This document shows positions 1 to 12,831 of a DNA stretch of 64,000 bases, piece after piece; within the stretch, counting starts at the first letter, position 1; each line of letters starts with the position of its first letter. The notes beneath the pieces are model-generated. The model was given only the letters and a program-made list of their open reading frames with translations, was not told the DNA's origin and searched no databases. Source of the DNA: Balanoglossus misakiensis (taxonomy: Eukaryota > Animalia > Hemichordata); the NCBI GenBank assembly GCA_040954595.2, contig CM082578.2, forward strand, positions 2,338,831-2,402,830, in the 5' to 3' direction. A program made the translations under genes and the position numbers.

Positions 1-626
1 ATCAGACTGATAGTAAAAAGTTACCAGTCCGGCGGACAGGTTGAATTTAGCGTGGAGTTGACTTGTTTGCGGTATCATAGACGTACGTGACCCCATCGTG
101 ACCCTGGCTGTCCGGGATAGCACCACCAACGATATCTTTTAGACCATCCTCTGTTTATTAGGCCCCTATTGCAATTAATTACCGTCCCTATCTTATATTG
201 GAGGGAACGGGTTTGTCTTTGCATGTTATGCAAAACACTTGAAAGATGATTTTTTTTTTTAAATGACGTTTATGACATACAGATGTAACCGACCCCATAA
301 GGTCCCAATGGTATATATTTACATCATACACCAAATTGGACTTAAAAACCAATAAATTGAAAGCCGCTGGAGTTTCTGCGACTATGAACTCAACATAAGC
401 TGGACACTACTCACTCCGAGCCCGACCTGGTAATTTGTATGTTGTCCATCGAGCGCCTATAGCTTAGACCTATACAGGAGAGAACGGTTTATGAAGTTAT
501 GTTCAACAAAAATATATGATCATGGAATTAAAGAATTTGGAGAAAAAAAATATAATTAAAAATGGACGTTTACGACGACAAAAAGGAAGACTGTTTAATG
601 CAAAAGTTAAGAAAAAGGAAAAATTC

Positions 627-746
627 AAGCCTACGGCACGTGGTATTCCCAGGCGGTCACCCATCCAAGTACTAACCACGCCCAACGCAGCTTAACTTCG
701 GTGATCGGACGAGAACCGGTGTATTCGACGTGGTATGGCCGTAGGC
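627..746 (-). rRNA. 5S rRNA
   Basis: Reverse complement GCCTACGGCCATACCACG...GATCACCGAAGTTAAGC...TAGTACTTGGATGGGTGACCGCCTGGGAATACC...GTAGGCTT, 120 nt. Box A/IE/box C present; T5 run just downstream; AT-rich TTAATAAT at about -25. Confidence 0.98.
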
Positions 747-1107
747 AAACACTGCTTGAATTTCTACAATTATTAAGCAAACGGAAGCTTCACTAACACA
801 TAGGCGTACACACAGAGCACGCGGCACGATAATTGTGTGCGTGGCCAGCTGATTGACCGACCCTATCTTATAATTTATATGGGAGAGAGCGGTTTTGTCT
901 TGTTATATCCTACAAAAAGTGACCATATTAAAGTGGACAAATAATGACCTGATAATTTGTGTGAACGGTTTATGAAGTTATGTTCAACAAAAATATATGA
1001 TCATGGAATTAAAGAATTTGGAGAAAAAAAATATAATTAAAAATGGACGTTTACGACGACAAAAAGGAAGACTGTTTAATGCAAAAGTTAAGAAAAAGGA
1101 AAAATTC

Positions 1108-1227
1108 AAGCCTACGGCACGTGGTATTCCCAGGCGGTCACCCATCCAAGTACTAACCACGCCCAACGCAGCTTAACTTCGGTGATCGGACGAGAACCGG
1201 TGTATTCGACGTGGTATGGCCGTAGGC
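1108..1227 (-). rRNA. 5S rRNA
   Basis: Identical to the copy at 627-746. Confidence 0.98.
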
Positions 1228-2173
1228 AAACACTGCTTGAATTTCTACAATTATTAAGCAAACGGAAGCTTCACTAACATATAGGCGTACACACAGAGCA
1301 CGCGGCACGATAATTGTGTGCGTGGCCAGCTGATTGACCGACCCTATCTTATAATTTATATGGGAGAGAGCGGTTTTGTCATGTTATATCCTACAAAAAG
1401 TGACCATATTAAAGTGGACAAATAATGACCTGATAATTTGTGTGGCCGATCGACCGTCCCTATCTAAGGCCTATATTGGTATGTTATGCAAGACACACTA
1501 TTCGAAATAACGCCTGTCCGACAGTCCGAGACTGGTTGTTTTTCCATCAGACTGATAGTAAAAAAGTTACCAGTCCGGCGGACAGGTTGAATTTAGCGTG
1601 GAGTTGACTTGTTTGCGGTATCATAGACGTACGTGACCCCATCGTGACCTTGGCTGTCCGGGATAGCACCACCAACGATATCTTTTAGACCATCCTCTGT
1701 TTATTAGGCCCCTATTGCAATTAATTACCGTCCCTATCTTATATTGGAGGGAACGGGTTTGTCTTGGCATGTTATGCAAAACACTTGAAAGATGAATTTT
1801 TTTTTTTTAAATGACGTTTATGACATACAGATGTAACCGACCCTATAAGGTCCCAATGGTATATATTTACATCATACACCAAATTGGACTTAAAAACCAA
1901 AAATTGAAAGCCGCTGGAGTTTCTGCGACTATGAACTCAACGTAAGCTGGACACTACTCACTCCGAGCCCGACCTGGTAATTTGTATGTTGTCCATCGAG
2001 CGCCTATAGCTTAGACCTATACAGGAGAGAACGGTTTATGAAGTTATGTTCAACAAAAATATATGATCATGGAATTAAAGAATTTGGAGAAAAAAAATAT
2101 AATTAAAAATGGACGTTTACGACGACAAAAAGGAAGACTGTTTAATGCAAAAGTTAAGAAAAAGGAAAAATTC

Positions 2174-2293
2174 AAGCCTACGGCACGTGGTATTCCCAGG
2201 CGGTCACCCATCCAAGTACTAACCACGCCCAACGCAGCTTAACTTCGGTGATCGGACGAGAACCGGTGTATTCGACGTGGTATGGCCGTAGGC
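2174..2293 (-). rRNA. 5S rRNA
   Basis: Identical to the copy at 627-746. Confidence 0.98.
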
Positions 2294-2654
2294 AAACACT
2301 GCTTGAATTTCTACAATTATTAAGCAAACGGAAGCTTCACTAACACATAGGCGTACACACAGAGCACGCGGCACGATAATTGTGTGCGTGGCCAGCTGAT
2401 TGACCGACCCTATCTTATAATTTATATGGGAGAGAGCGGTTTTGTCTTGTTATATCCTACAAAAAGTGACCATATTAAAGTGGACAAATAATGACCTGAT
2501 AATTTGTGTGAACGGTTTATGAAGTTATGTTCAACAAAAATATATGATCATGGAATTAAAGAATTTGGAGAAAAAAAATATAATTAAAAATGGACGTTTA
2601 CGACGACAAAAAGGAAGACTGTTTAATGCAAAAGTTAAGAAAAAGGAAAAATTC

Positions 2655-2774
2655 AAGCCTACGGCACGTGGTATTCCCAGGCGGTCACCCATCCAAGTAC
2701 TAACCACGCCCAACGCAGCTTAACTTCGGTGATCGGACGAGAACCGGTGTATTCGACGTGGTATGGCCGTAGGC
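2655..2774 (-). rRNA. 5S rRNA
   Basis: Identical to the copy at 627-746. Confidence 0.98.
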
Positions 2775-3720
2775 AAACACTGCTTGAATTTCTACAATTA
2801 TTAAGCAAACGGAAGCTTCACTAACACATAGGCGTACACACAGAGCACGCGGCACGATAATTGTGTGCGTGGCCAGCTGATTGACCGACCCTATCTTATA
2901 ATTTATATGGGAGAGAGCGGTTTTGTCTTGTTATATCCTACAAAAAGTGACCATATTAAAGTGGAGAAATAATGACCTGATAATTTGTGTGGCCGATCGA
3001 CCGTCCCTATCTAAGGCCTATATTGGTATGTTATGCAAGACACACTATTCGAAATAACGCCTGTCCGACAGTCCGAGACTGGTTGTTTTTCCATCAGACT
3101 GATAGTAAAAAAGTTACCAGTCCGGCGGACAGGTTGAATTTAGCGTGGAGTTGACTTGTTTGCGGTATCATAGACGTACGTGACCCCATCGTGACCTTGG
3201 CTGTCCGGGATAGCACCACCAACGATATCTTTTAGACCATCCTCTGTTTATTAGGCCCCTATTGCAATTAATTACCGTCCCTATCTTATATTGGAGGGAA
3301 CGGGTTTGTCTTGGCATGTTATGCAAAACACTTGAAAGATGAATTTTTTTTTTTTAAATGACGTTTATGACATACAGATGTAACCGACCCCATAAGGTCC
3401 CAATGGTATATATTTACATCATACACCAAATTGGACTTAAAAACCAAAAATTGAAAGCCGCTGGAGTTTCTGCGACTATGAACTCAACGTAAGCTGGACA
3501 CTACTCACTCCGAGCCCGACCTGGTAATTTGTATGTTGTCCATCGAGCGCCTATAGCTTAGACCTATACAGGAGAGAACGGTTTATGAAGTTATGTTCAA
3601 CAAAAATATATGATCATGGAATTAAAGAATTTGGAGAAAAAAAATATAATTAAAAATGGACGTTTACGACGACAAAAAGGAAGACTGTTTAATGCAAAAG
3701 TTAAGAAAAATGAAAAATTC

Positions 3721-3840
3721 AAGCCTACGGCACGTGGTATTCCCAGGCGGTCACCCATCCAAGTACTAACCACGCCCAACGCAGCTTAACTTCGGTGATC
3801 GGACGAGAACCGGTGTATTCGACGTGGTATGGCCGTAGGC
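3721..3840 (-). rRNA. 5S rRNA
   Basis: Identical to the copy at 627-746. Confidence 0.98.
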
Positions 3841-4787
3841 AAACACTGCTTGAATTTCTACAATTATTAAGCAAACGGAAGCTTCACTAACACATAGGCG
3901 TACACACAGAGCACGCGGCACGATAATTGTGTGCGTGGCCAGCTGATTGACCGACCCTATCTTATAATTTATATGGGAGAGAGCGGTTTTGTCTTGTTAT
4001 ATCCTACAAAAAGTGACCATATTAAAGTGGAGAAATAATGACCTGATAATTTGTGTGGCCGATCGACCGTCCCTATCTAAGGCCTATATTGGTATGTTAT
4101 GCAAGACACACTATTCGAAATAACGCCTGTCCGACAGTCCGAGACTGGTTGTTTTTCCATCAGACTGATAGTAAAAAAGTTACCAGTCCGGCGGACAGGT
4201 TGAATTTAGCGTGGAGTTGACTTGTTTGCGGTATCATAGACGTACGTGACCCCATCGTGACCCTGGCTGTCCGGGATAGCACCACCAACGATATCTTTTA
4301 GACCATCCTCTGTTTATTAGGCCCCTATTGCAATTAATTACCGTCCCTATCTTATATTGGAGGGAACGGGTTTGTCTTGGCATGTTATGCAAAACACTTG
4401 AAAGATGAATTTTTTTTAAAAAAAATGACGTTTATGACATACAGATGTAACCGACCCCATAAGGTCCCAATGGTATATATTTACATCATACACCAAATTG
4501 GACTTAAAAACCAAAAATTGAAAGCCGCTGGAGTTTCTGCGACTATGAACTCAACGTAAGCTGGACACTACTCACTCCGAGCCCGACCTGGTAATTTGTA
4601 TGTTGTCCATCGAGCGCCTATAGCTTAGACCTAGACAGGAGAGAACGGTTTATGAAGTTATGTTCAACAAAAATATATGATCATGGAATTAAAGAATTTG
4701 GAGAAAAAAAATATAATTAAAAATGGACGTTTACGACGACAAAAAGGAAGACTGTTTAATGCAAAAGTTAAGAAAAAGGAAAAAATC

Positions 4788-4907
4788 AAGCCTACGGCAC
4801 GTGGTATTCCCAGGCGGTCACCCATCCAAGTACTAACCACGCCCAACGCAGCTTAACTTCGGTGATCGGACGAGAACCGGTGTATTCGACGTGGTATGGC
4901 CGTAGGC
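4788..4907 (-). rRNA. 5S rRNA
   Basis: Identical to the copy at 627-746. Confidence 0.98.
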
Positions 4908-5581
4908 AAACACTGCTTGAATTTCTACAATTATTAAGCAAACGGAAGCTTCACTAACACATAGGCGTACACACAGAGCACGCGGCACGATAATTGTGTG
5001 CGTGGCCAGCTGTTTGACCGACCCTATCTTATAATTTATATGGGAGAGAGCGGTTTTGTCTTGTTATATCCTACAAAAAGTGACCATATTAAAGTGGAGA
5101 AATAATGACCTGATAATTTGTGTGGCCGATCGACCGTCCCTATCTAAGGCCTATATTGGTATGTTATGCAAGACACACTATTCGAAATAACGCCTGTCCG
5201 ACAGTCCGAGACTGGTTGTTTTTCCATCAGACTGATAGTAAAAAAGTTACCAGTCCGGCGGACAGGTTGAATTTAGCGTGGAGTTGACTTGTTTGCGGTA
5301 TCATAGACGTACGTGACCCCATCGTGACCCTGGCTGTCCGGGATAGCACCACCAACGATATCTTTTAGACCATCCTCTGTTTATTAGGCCCCTATTGCAA
5401 TTAATTACCGTCCCTATCTTATATTGGAGGGAACGGGTTTGTCTTGGCATGTTATGCAAAACACTTGAAAGATGAATTTTTTAAAAAAAAATGACGTTTA
5501 TGACATAAAGATGTAACCGACCCCATAAGGTCCCAATGGTATATTAACATCATACACCAAATTGGACTTAAAAACCAAAAA

Positions 5582-6957
5582 TAGCGTCAAGGACACTGTG
5601 GTCCCATTTGAGGATTATGCGGAAACAGTGACACACCAGAATAAAAATTACAGGTGACATTGCAAGCAGATCTGCAAGCAGCAATATCGGGCCCAAGCCA
5701 ACATAGCACATAGCAACATAGCAATAAGCATATCTGCTCTGGATGCCAAGATATGGAAAAGTAGGTCAAAGGTCACCTGAGGTTATGCAAAATTTGGGCA
5801 AGAAATTTTGACCCTATACTGGTCCATGTTCATCAAAAACCAAACCTATAGCCCTATTGGTTAGCCTGGAATTAGGTATGCACATAATTAATGAGATATG
5901 CAGGTGTCACAGGTGACCCCAAATTTTGGCTTTTCAATTTTAGTCCCAACCCTCCGAACGCCAAGACTGTACCTGCTCTGGATGCCAAGAAATGGTAAAG
6001 TAGGTCAAAGGTCACCTGAGGTCATGCAAAATTTGGGCAAGAAATTTTGACCCTATACTGGTCTATGTTCAACAAAAACCAAACCTATAGCCCTATTGGT
6101 TAGCCTGGAATTAGGTATGCACATAATTAATGAGATAAGCAGGTGTCACAGGTGACCCCCAATTTTGGCTTTTCAATTTTAGTCCCAACCCTCCAAACGC
6201 CAAGGCTGTACCTGCTCTGGATGCCGAGATATCTGAAAGTAGGTCAAAGGTCACCTGAGGTCACCAAAAATTTGGGCAAGAAATTTTGACCCTATACTGG
6301 TCCATGTCCCACAAGAACGAAACCTCTAGCCCTATTAGTTAGCCCGGAATTAGGTACGTACATAATTAATGTGTTAAGCCGGTGTTACAGGTGAGCCCAA
6401 AATTTTGCCTTTTATTTTGGCCCCATTGTGCTCACTGACCAATAGACAGTCACTGTACAGGACTATTGCACAGACCAGAATTCCACAATAAGACTTGGAC
6501 ATAGCTTAACCATAGAGGTACATGTATAAGTAAAGGTATAAATTTAATAAAAAGACTAAAAAATTCATAAAAAATAAAACATCGATGATATCAACTTAAC
6601 ACAGACAGGTCGATGTGAGGTTGACATATGGTACATGCATACCAATTTTTAAAGCAATCTGACGAGTAGTTGTTGACTTTCAGAGTTTTGATAAATTTCA
6701 CATTTTTCCAGCTAATTTGCATATTTTTGGGCCTGGCAACTTCGTTTGGACAAACTCCCATCTACAGCCCAGCCTGCACCTACACTCCAAATATTGAGGT
6801 GATACGCGCAGCGGTTTTCAAGTTTTTGATGTGGACGGACATACAGACATACATCCATCCATCCATCCATCCATACATACATCCATACATACATACAGAC
6901 GCAACCGATCCCATAAGGTCCCATGGTATATATGCCTATACCAATGGGACCTAAAAA
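5582..6957. mobile_element. Non-autonomous Helentron/DINE-1-like (HINE) element inserted in the 5S spacer
   Basis: Sits in the A5 run of AACCAAAAA^TTGAAAGCC (empty site in other units, e.g. ~15612-15630). Subterminal GGTCCCA at the left; terminal hairpin AGGTCCCATGGTATA...TATACCAATGGGACCT at the right, next to a (CATC/CATA)n microsatellite. Internal 239-bp tandem repeats match 58-64 kb in reverse. Confidence 0.75.
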
Positions 6958-7482
6958 TTGAAAGCCGCTGGAGTTTCTGCGACTATTTACCCAAACGAAG
7001 CTTTAGCCTAGTACTAACACACGCAAACAGCACGAGAGCGAACGGTTTTGTTTTGCTATGTTCTGCAAAAAAAAAAAAAAAAAAACTTGAATGATCGTGG
7101 AATTGAGGTAGTTATAGAAATCATGAATTTAAAGAAAGAAAGAAGTTGATGTATATGACGACAAATAATAAATAGACTATTTAGGCCTAATAGGAAAGTT
7201 TAAAAACAATGTAATGAAGACTGCTTGAATTTCTGCGACAATGAACTCAACGTAAGCTGGACACTACTCACTCTGAGCCCGACCTGGTAATTTGTATGTT
7301 GTCCATCGAGCGCCTATAGCTTAGACCTATACAGGAGAGAACGGTTTATGAAGTTATGTTCAACAAACATATATGATCATGGAATTAAAGAATTTGGAGA
7401 AAAAAAAATAATTAAAAATGGACGTTTACGACGACAAAAAGGAAGACTGTTTAATGCAAAAGTTAAGAAAAATGAAAAATTC

Positions 7483-7602
7483 AAGCCTACGGCACGTGGT
7501 ATTCCCAGGCGGTCACCCATCCAAGAACTAAGCACGCCCAACGCAGCTTAACTTCGGTGATCGGACGAGAACCGGTGTATTCGACGTGGTATGGCCGTAG
7601 GC
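7483..7602 (-). rRNA. 5S rRNA variant (two substitutions in the internal control region)
   Basis: Plus strand reads CCAAGAACTAAGCACG instead of CCAAGTACTAACCACG. Confidence 0.93.
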
Positions 7603-8330
7603 AAACACTGCTTGAATTTCTACAATTATTAAGCAAACGGAAGCTTCACTAACACATAGGCGTACACACGGAGCACGCGGCACGATAATTGTGTGCGTGG
7701 CCAGCTGATTGACCGACCCTATCTTATAATTTATATGGGAGAGAGCGGTTTTGTCTTGTTATATCCTACAAAAAGTGACCATATTAAAGTGGAGAAATAA
7801 TGACCTGATAATTTGTGTGGCCGATCGACCGTCCCTATCTAAGGCCTATTGGTATGTTATGCAAGACACACTATTCGTAATAACGCCTGTCCGACAGTCC
7901 GAGACTGGTTGTTTTTCCATCAGACTGATAGTAAAAAAGTTACCAGTCCGGCGGACAGGTTGAATTTAGCGTGGAGTTGACTTGTTTGCGGTATCATAGA
8001 CGTACGTGACCCCATCGTGACCCTGGCTGTCCGGGATAGCACCACCAACGATATCTTTTAGACCATCCTCTGTTTATTAGGCCCCTATTGCAATTAATTA
8101 CCGTCCCTATCTTATATTGGAGGGAACGGGTTTGTCTTGGCATGTTATGCAAAACACTTGAAAGATGAATTTAAAAAAAAAAAAATGACGTTTATGACAT
8201 ACAGATGTAACCGACCCCATAAGGTCCCAATGGTATATATTTACATCATACACCAAATTGGACTTAAAAACCAAAAATTGAAAGCCGCTGGAGTTTCTGC
8301 GACTATGAACTCAACGTAAGCTGGACACTA

Positions 8331-11300
8331 CACTGCAAATTCTGCAAAAACAAGCCGGTTTGTACTCAAGCCATTCGGGTTTGCTGACAAGCCACCTCGT
8401 CATACTTGCCGAAACTTCGGTATTTCCACAAGCCGCTAAATTTTCTGGTGTGTGCCAGCAAGCCAGTCAATGTTAGAAAAATGGTTTGTAAATACGCCGC
8501 TGGACAACCTGTCTGGAATGGCTTATTATTAAGCCATTGAACAAAATCTCTGGTTTGCTCGCAAACTTTAGTGATACTTATGTCTGGCTCGAATTTGTAC
8601 CATATTTAACCTTGGCTGCATTTTAAGCCGTTGGAGTTAGTGGTCGCTTTTCAAACCATAAAAAGATGTAAGTATGGTTTGAAAACACGCCATGGAAAAC
8701 TTTGCCGGGATGTGGTTCATATACACGCCACGCTGGGCACAATGTCTTGCGAAATACCCTGATTTGGCGCGCGAATGCAGGGTCAAAGGTTATTTATTAC
8801 ACAACTACAACGTTTTGACGCGAGAGAAGACGGTCCACGGGTGAGGAAGCCGATCGAATCACGTCGTTCCCTTTATAAAATTCGTTCAGCGATTTACAAT
8901 GCACTCAACCTGTTCCTAAGGTAGAACCGAAATACCATATGCGTGGATAATTACTTTGGCACCGAGCATCGTTATGGAAGGATGACATCTGATGTCTTAG
9001 CAGTTGACCGCCAGCATCTACGAGACCGTAACATAGAACAATGCCGGTTGGGGTAAGTCCTGCTTCCATTCCATTTTGTGACAGTAACTACATTTTTGCG
9101 AGCAGTGAAGATAATACAAAATTAACAGGCCCGAATCCTGTATATACTGACTTGATCATGTGTTGATGATAGCTGAAAAGCATGTGAGAAGAAGTAATGT
9201 CAAAAGTTTGACAGCATAAAATGATAAAGTAGGGAGTGGGGCCCCAAAGGAATTTCATTATTCTTGCTATTTTCAGCCTCCATCCCCGTTCATTTTTTTT
9301 ATGCATTTTTGTGAGCGAAGACGATGCAAAGTATGTCACTATTAAAAGGCCTGAATCCTTTATATACTGCATTGATCATGTGTGGATGGTTACAAAAAAG
9401 TCTGAGCAAATCAAAAGAATTTTTTTAATGCAGCTCCGGAGTGGGGCCCTATAGCGCTATAGCCTAGGAATTTCACCATGCTTGCTATTGGCAGCCTACA
9501 TCCCCATTCATGTTTGTTTATGCACTTTTACTAGTCAAGATAATTCAAAATATGTAATAATATCTATACTGTATTGATCATTTGTAGATCGAGAGATATT
9601 TCAAATATATGAAGCTTCGAGTGGGGCTAGTGGCAGTGGAAGTCAACATTGGGGGGGGGGGGGGTAACCGCAATAAAAATGTTGTTTTGTGTTCCAATAC
9701 TATATCAATGGATACCCATAATATTTAAATCATTGGCTGAATAATTTTTTTTTGATAAACCATGATCTCGGACCACAGGATTATTTAACCCCTGCATGCC
9801 TGCGATTTGTAACAATAATGATTCCTTCTTTAATTGAAACCCAGATATTTGCATAAGAATGAAATAAATGATCTTGGTTTTGCAGGAGTGGTGATACTGG
9901 TTATGGGAAGGAGCAGTTGTTATTTTATTAGGCACCACAAAAATATGAAAAAGTCAACAAGTAGCATTTATGTTGAAGCATACACGGTATGTATAATTAA
10001 GTAGATTTTGTTATTTTTTTAATATCCATTTTTGTCATCTAGTCATCTGTTTTCTTTGCAGTTTAGTTTGTAGGGACTTCATTATAAAATACCAACCATG
10101 TGGTTATAATTTCAGTATTGCATTTGGGAAGAGATTTTACTATTTATGCCTAAAAACTAATTTTAAAGGAACATGCCTATCTGTATTTATTAATATAGTC
10201 CAGCTATCATGTATGTAACATGTATTCAGTTATAGTCAAAGGAAACAATTCACTAAACTCTAGGTGCGAAATTTCATGCATTGCTCATTGAATCAATTTC
10301 ATCTTGTTTGTTACATGCTGTGTATCTCATGTTATGTTTGTGTTTCATGGTTGCTGCCTATAACATTAGGATGGCACCATATTGTAGTGTTGTATCAATC
10401 AGTCTCATGTTCTCATATGGTTGCTGCCTATAACAGTAGGATGGCACCATATCGTAGTGTTGTATCGGTCAGTCTCATGTTCTCATATGGTTGCTGCCTA
10501 TAACAGTAGGATGGCACCATATCGTAGTGTTGTATCGGTCAGTCTCATGTTCTCATATGGTTGCTGCCTATAACAGTAGGATGGCACCATATCGTAGTGT
10601 TGTATCGGTCAGTCTCATGTTCTCATATGGTTGCTGCCTATAACAGTAGGATGGCACCATATCGTAGTGTTGTATCGGTCAGTCTCATGTTCTCATATGG
10701 TTGCTGCCTATAACAGTAGGATGGCACCATATCGTAGTGTTGTATCGGTCAGTCTCATGTTCTTATATGGTTGCTGCCTACAACATTAGGATGGCACCAT
10801 ATCGTAGTGTTTTGTGGTATGTGTGTCAGTCTCATGGTCATTCCCCATTGATAAATAGAGAGACACTATCTTCTTTTGTTGAGTATGTCTCATACGAGTC
10901 ATTGTCATATTTTCTTGTGTACATATGTGTTATGTGTTGTTTTCATGCTGGAAATTGTTTCTAATATACACTCATGTTAATTTCTAACAAGATTGTTTTC
11001 TCTTTTTGTTTTTCACTATTTGAGAGTGTTTCCCATTGAAAGAAGACGAAGTTTCATAGTAAGGAAGAAGATACTCAAGGCTAATGCCATGACTCCAATA
11101 CTCAAATGCATATAAAGGAGGATTGAAAAGTACTTTTCCACACTTAATGGTGACTTTGAAATCTGTATTCATGTCAGTTTTGACAAACAGTAGATTAAAA
11201 AAATGAGGCATTTTTGATGGATTGAAATGATTTTCCCTAACCACTTGAACGGAAAATGAGATAAAAGTTTTATTGTATATATTTTCTATCATTTATGGGG

Positions 11301-12492
11301 TTAATTCATTTGATTTACATAATACCATGTATTTACCGTTGTTCCTTTTTTCTTACATTGTCATTACAATAATAATGATTGACCAAAAAAGATCTTTCTC
11401 GGTGTGCTTTTTTGACAGGTTAACATACCATTGACTGTGGAGTACTAAGATGCTGCACATTATGACACATGTTATGCTTCAAGACCAAGTTATTTAAGGG
11501 CATAGTAACTAACTTTGGGCTATTTTTTATGTATTTTTGTTCAGTGTATCGACTCCTTATTTCTGTTCTACTCCTTAAAGCATGATTAACTGCCCAGGTT
11601 CGGGATCTCAACTTTGGCCTTTGCAAATGAGTTCAGGTCTGGACTAAAATTATGTTTTTTGACAATTGCTGATTGTACAATTATGGCAGTGTATAGGATC
11701 TAGTAAATGGCATTGCATCATGCTTTGGTGAGTTGAACAAGAAACTGCAGTCACTTGAAAGAGCAAAAATGCTAAAAATGGCCCAAATTTATAACTATAG
11801 CTTTTAGGTAAACAGAAGCAAAACATGCAATTCAAATGTTTGGCTTGCTTACAAACTGCATTCTGTGTAAGAATGGTTTGTATACATGCCAAAGCCCAAG
11901 CAGAGTGGCTGATTTTTAAACCACTGCTCAAGCATTCTCAGTTTGTCAGCAAATCAGGAAATGCTAATTTTTGGTTTGCTGGCAAACTGAAGTGATTCAT
12001 GTTTGGTTTGCTAGCACACCAGTTTTAAGTAGAAGTTGGCTTTCAGACAAGCCAATGTAAATTTTAAGGGTTTACGTACAACCCCCTTGTATTATTCGAC
12101 GGTTTGTTGGCAAGCCATTGTTTTAGAAAGTGGCTTACATGCAAGCCATCATAATATATTCATTGGTTTATATACAAACCCCTTAGATTTGTGATGGTTT
12201 GTTGACAAACCACTGGATAATGAATCGGTGTGTCTTCAAGCTCATTTGCTGAATAGAATGGCAGGCCAGCAAGCCATATTTCATTACTATGGTTGGCCTA
12301 CACACCACTCATTAAATTTGCTGTGGTCTATCAGCAAGCCGGTAAGTTATATAAAACGGCAACTCAGCAAGCTAAATTCAAGCCAAAATCAAGCCAAATT
12401 TGAAGAAATGAAAGAAGCCAATTTGCGACAAACAAGCCGGTTTGAATTTGGCTTGAATTTAGCTTGCAGGAAAGCCAGAAGAATTTGCAGTG
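8331..12492. mobile_element. Non-autonomous CACTA/EnSpm-like DNA transposon (4162 bp) in the 5S spacer
   Basis: 13-bp TIR CACTGCAAATTCT...AGAATTTGCAGTG; 2-bp TSD TA (empty site GACAC-TA-CTCACTCC in other units); many subterminal CAAGCC/GGTTTG motifs; no transposase ORF. Confidence 0.88.
10351..10830. repeat. 70-bp minisatellite (~6.7 copies) inside the EnSpm-like element
   Basis: TTGCTGCCTATAACAGTAGGATGGCACC... recurs at 10351, 10421, 10491, 10561, 10631, 10701, 10771. Confidence 0.95.
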
Positions 12493-12711
12493 TACTCACT
12501 CCGAGCCCGACCTGGTAATTTGTATGTTGTCCATCGAGCGCCTATAGCTTAGACCTATACAGGAGAGAACGGTTTATGAAGTTATGTTCAACAAAAATAT
12601 ATGATCATGGAATTAAAGAATTTGGAGAAAAAAAATATAATTAAAAATGGACGTTTACGACGACAAAAAGGAAGACTGTTTAATGCAAAAGTTAAGAAAA
12701 AGAAAAAATTC

Positions 12712-12831
12712 AAGCCTACGGCACATGGTATTCCCAGGCGGTCACCCATCCAAGTACTAACCACGCCCAACGCAGCTTAACTTCGGTGATCGGACGAGAA
12801 CCGGTGTATTCGACGTGGTATGGCCGTAGGC
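12712..12831 (-). rRNA. 5S rRNA (one substitution)
   Basis: GCACATGG instead of GCACGTGG on the plus strand; otherwise identical. Confidence 0.96.

Noticed and set aside
750-2170. SL RNA or U snRNA linked to 5S in the spacer
   Set aside because: TAATTTGT motifs only loosely resemble an Sm site, and no U1/U2/U5/SL hallmark sequence was found.
10351-10830. CRISPR-like regular repeat
   Set aside because: Units are contiguous and near-identical with no unique spacers, in a eukaryotic context with no cas genes; it is a minisatellite.
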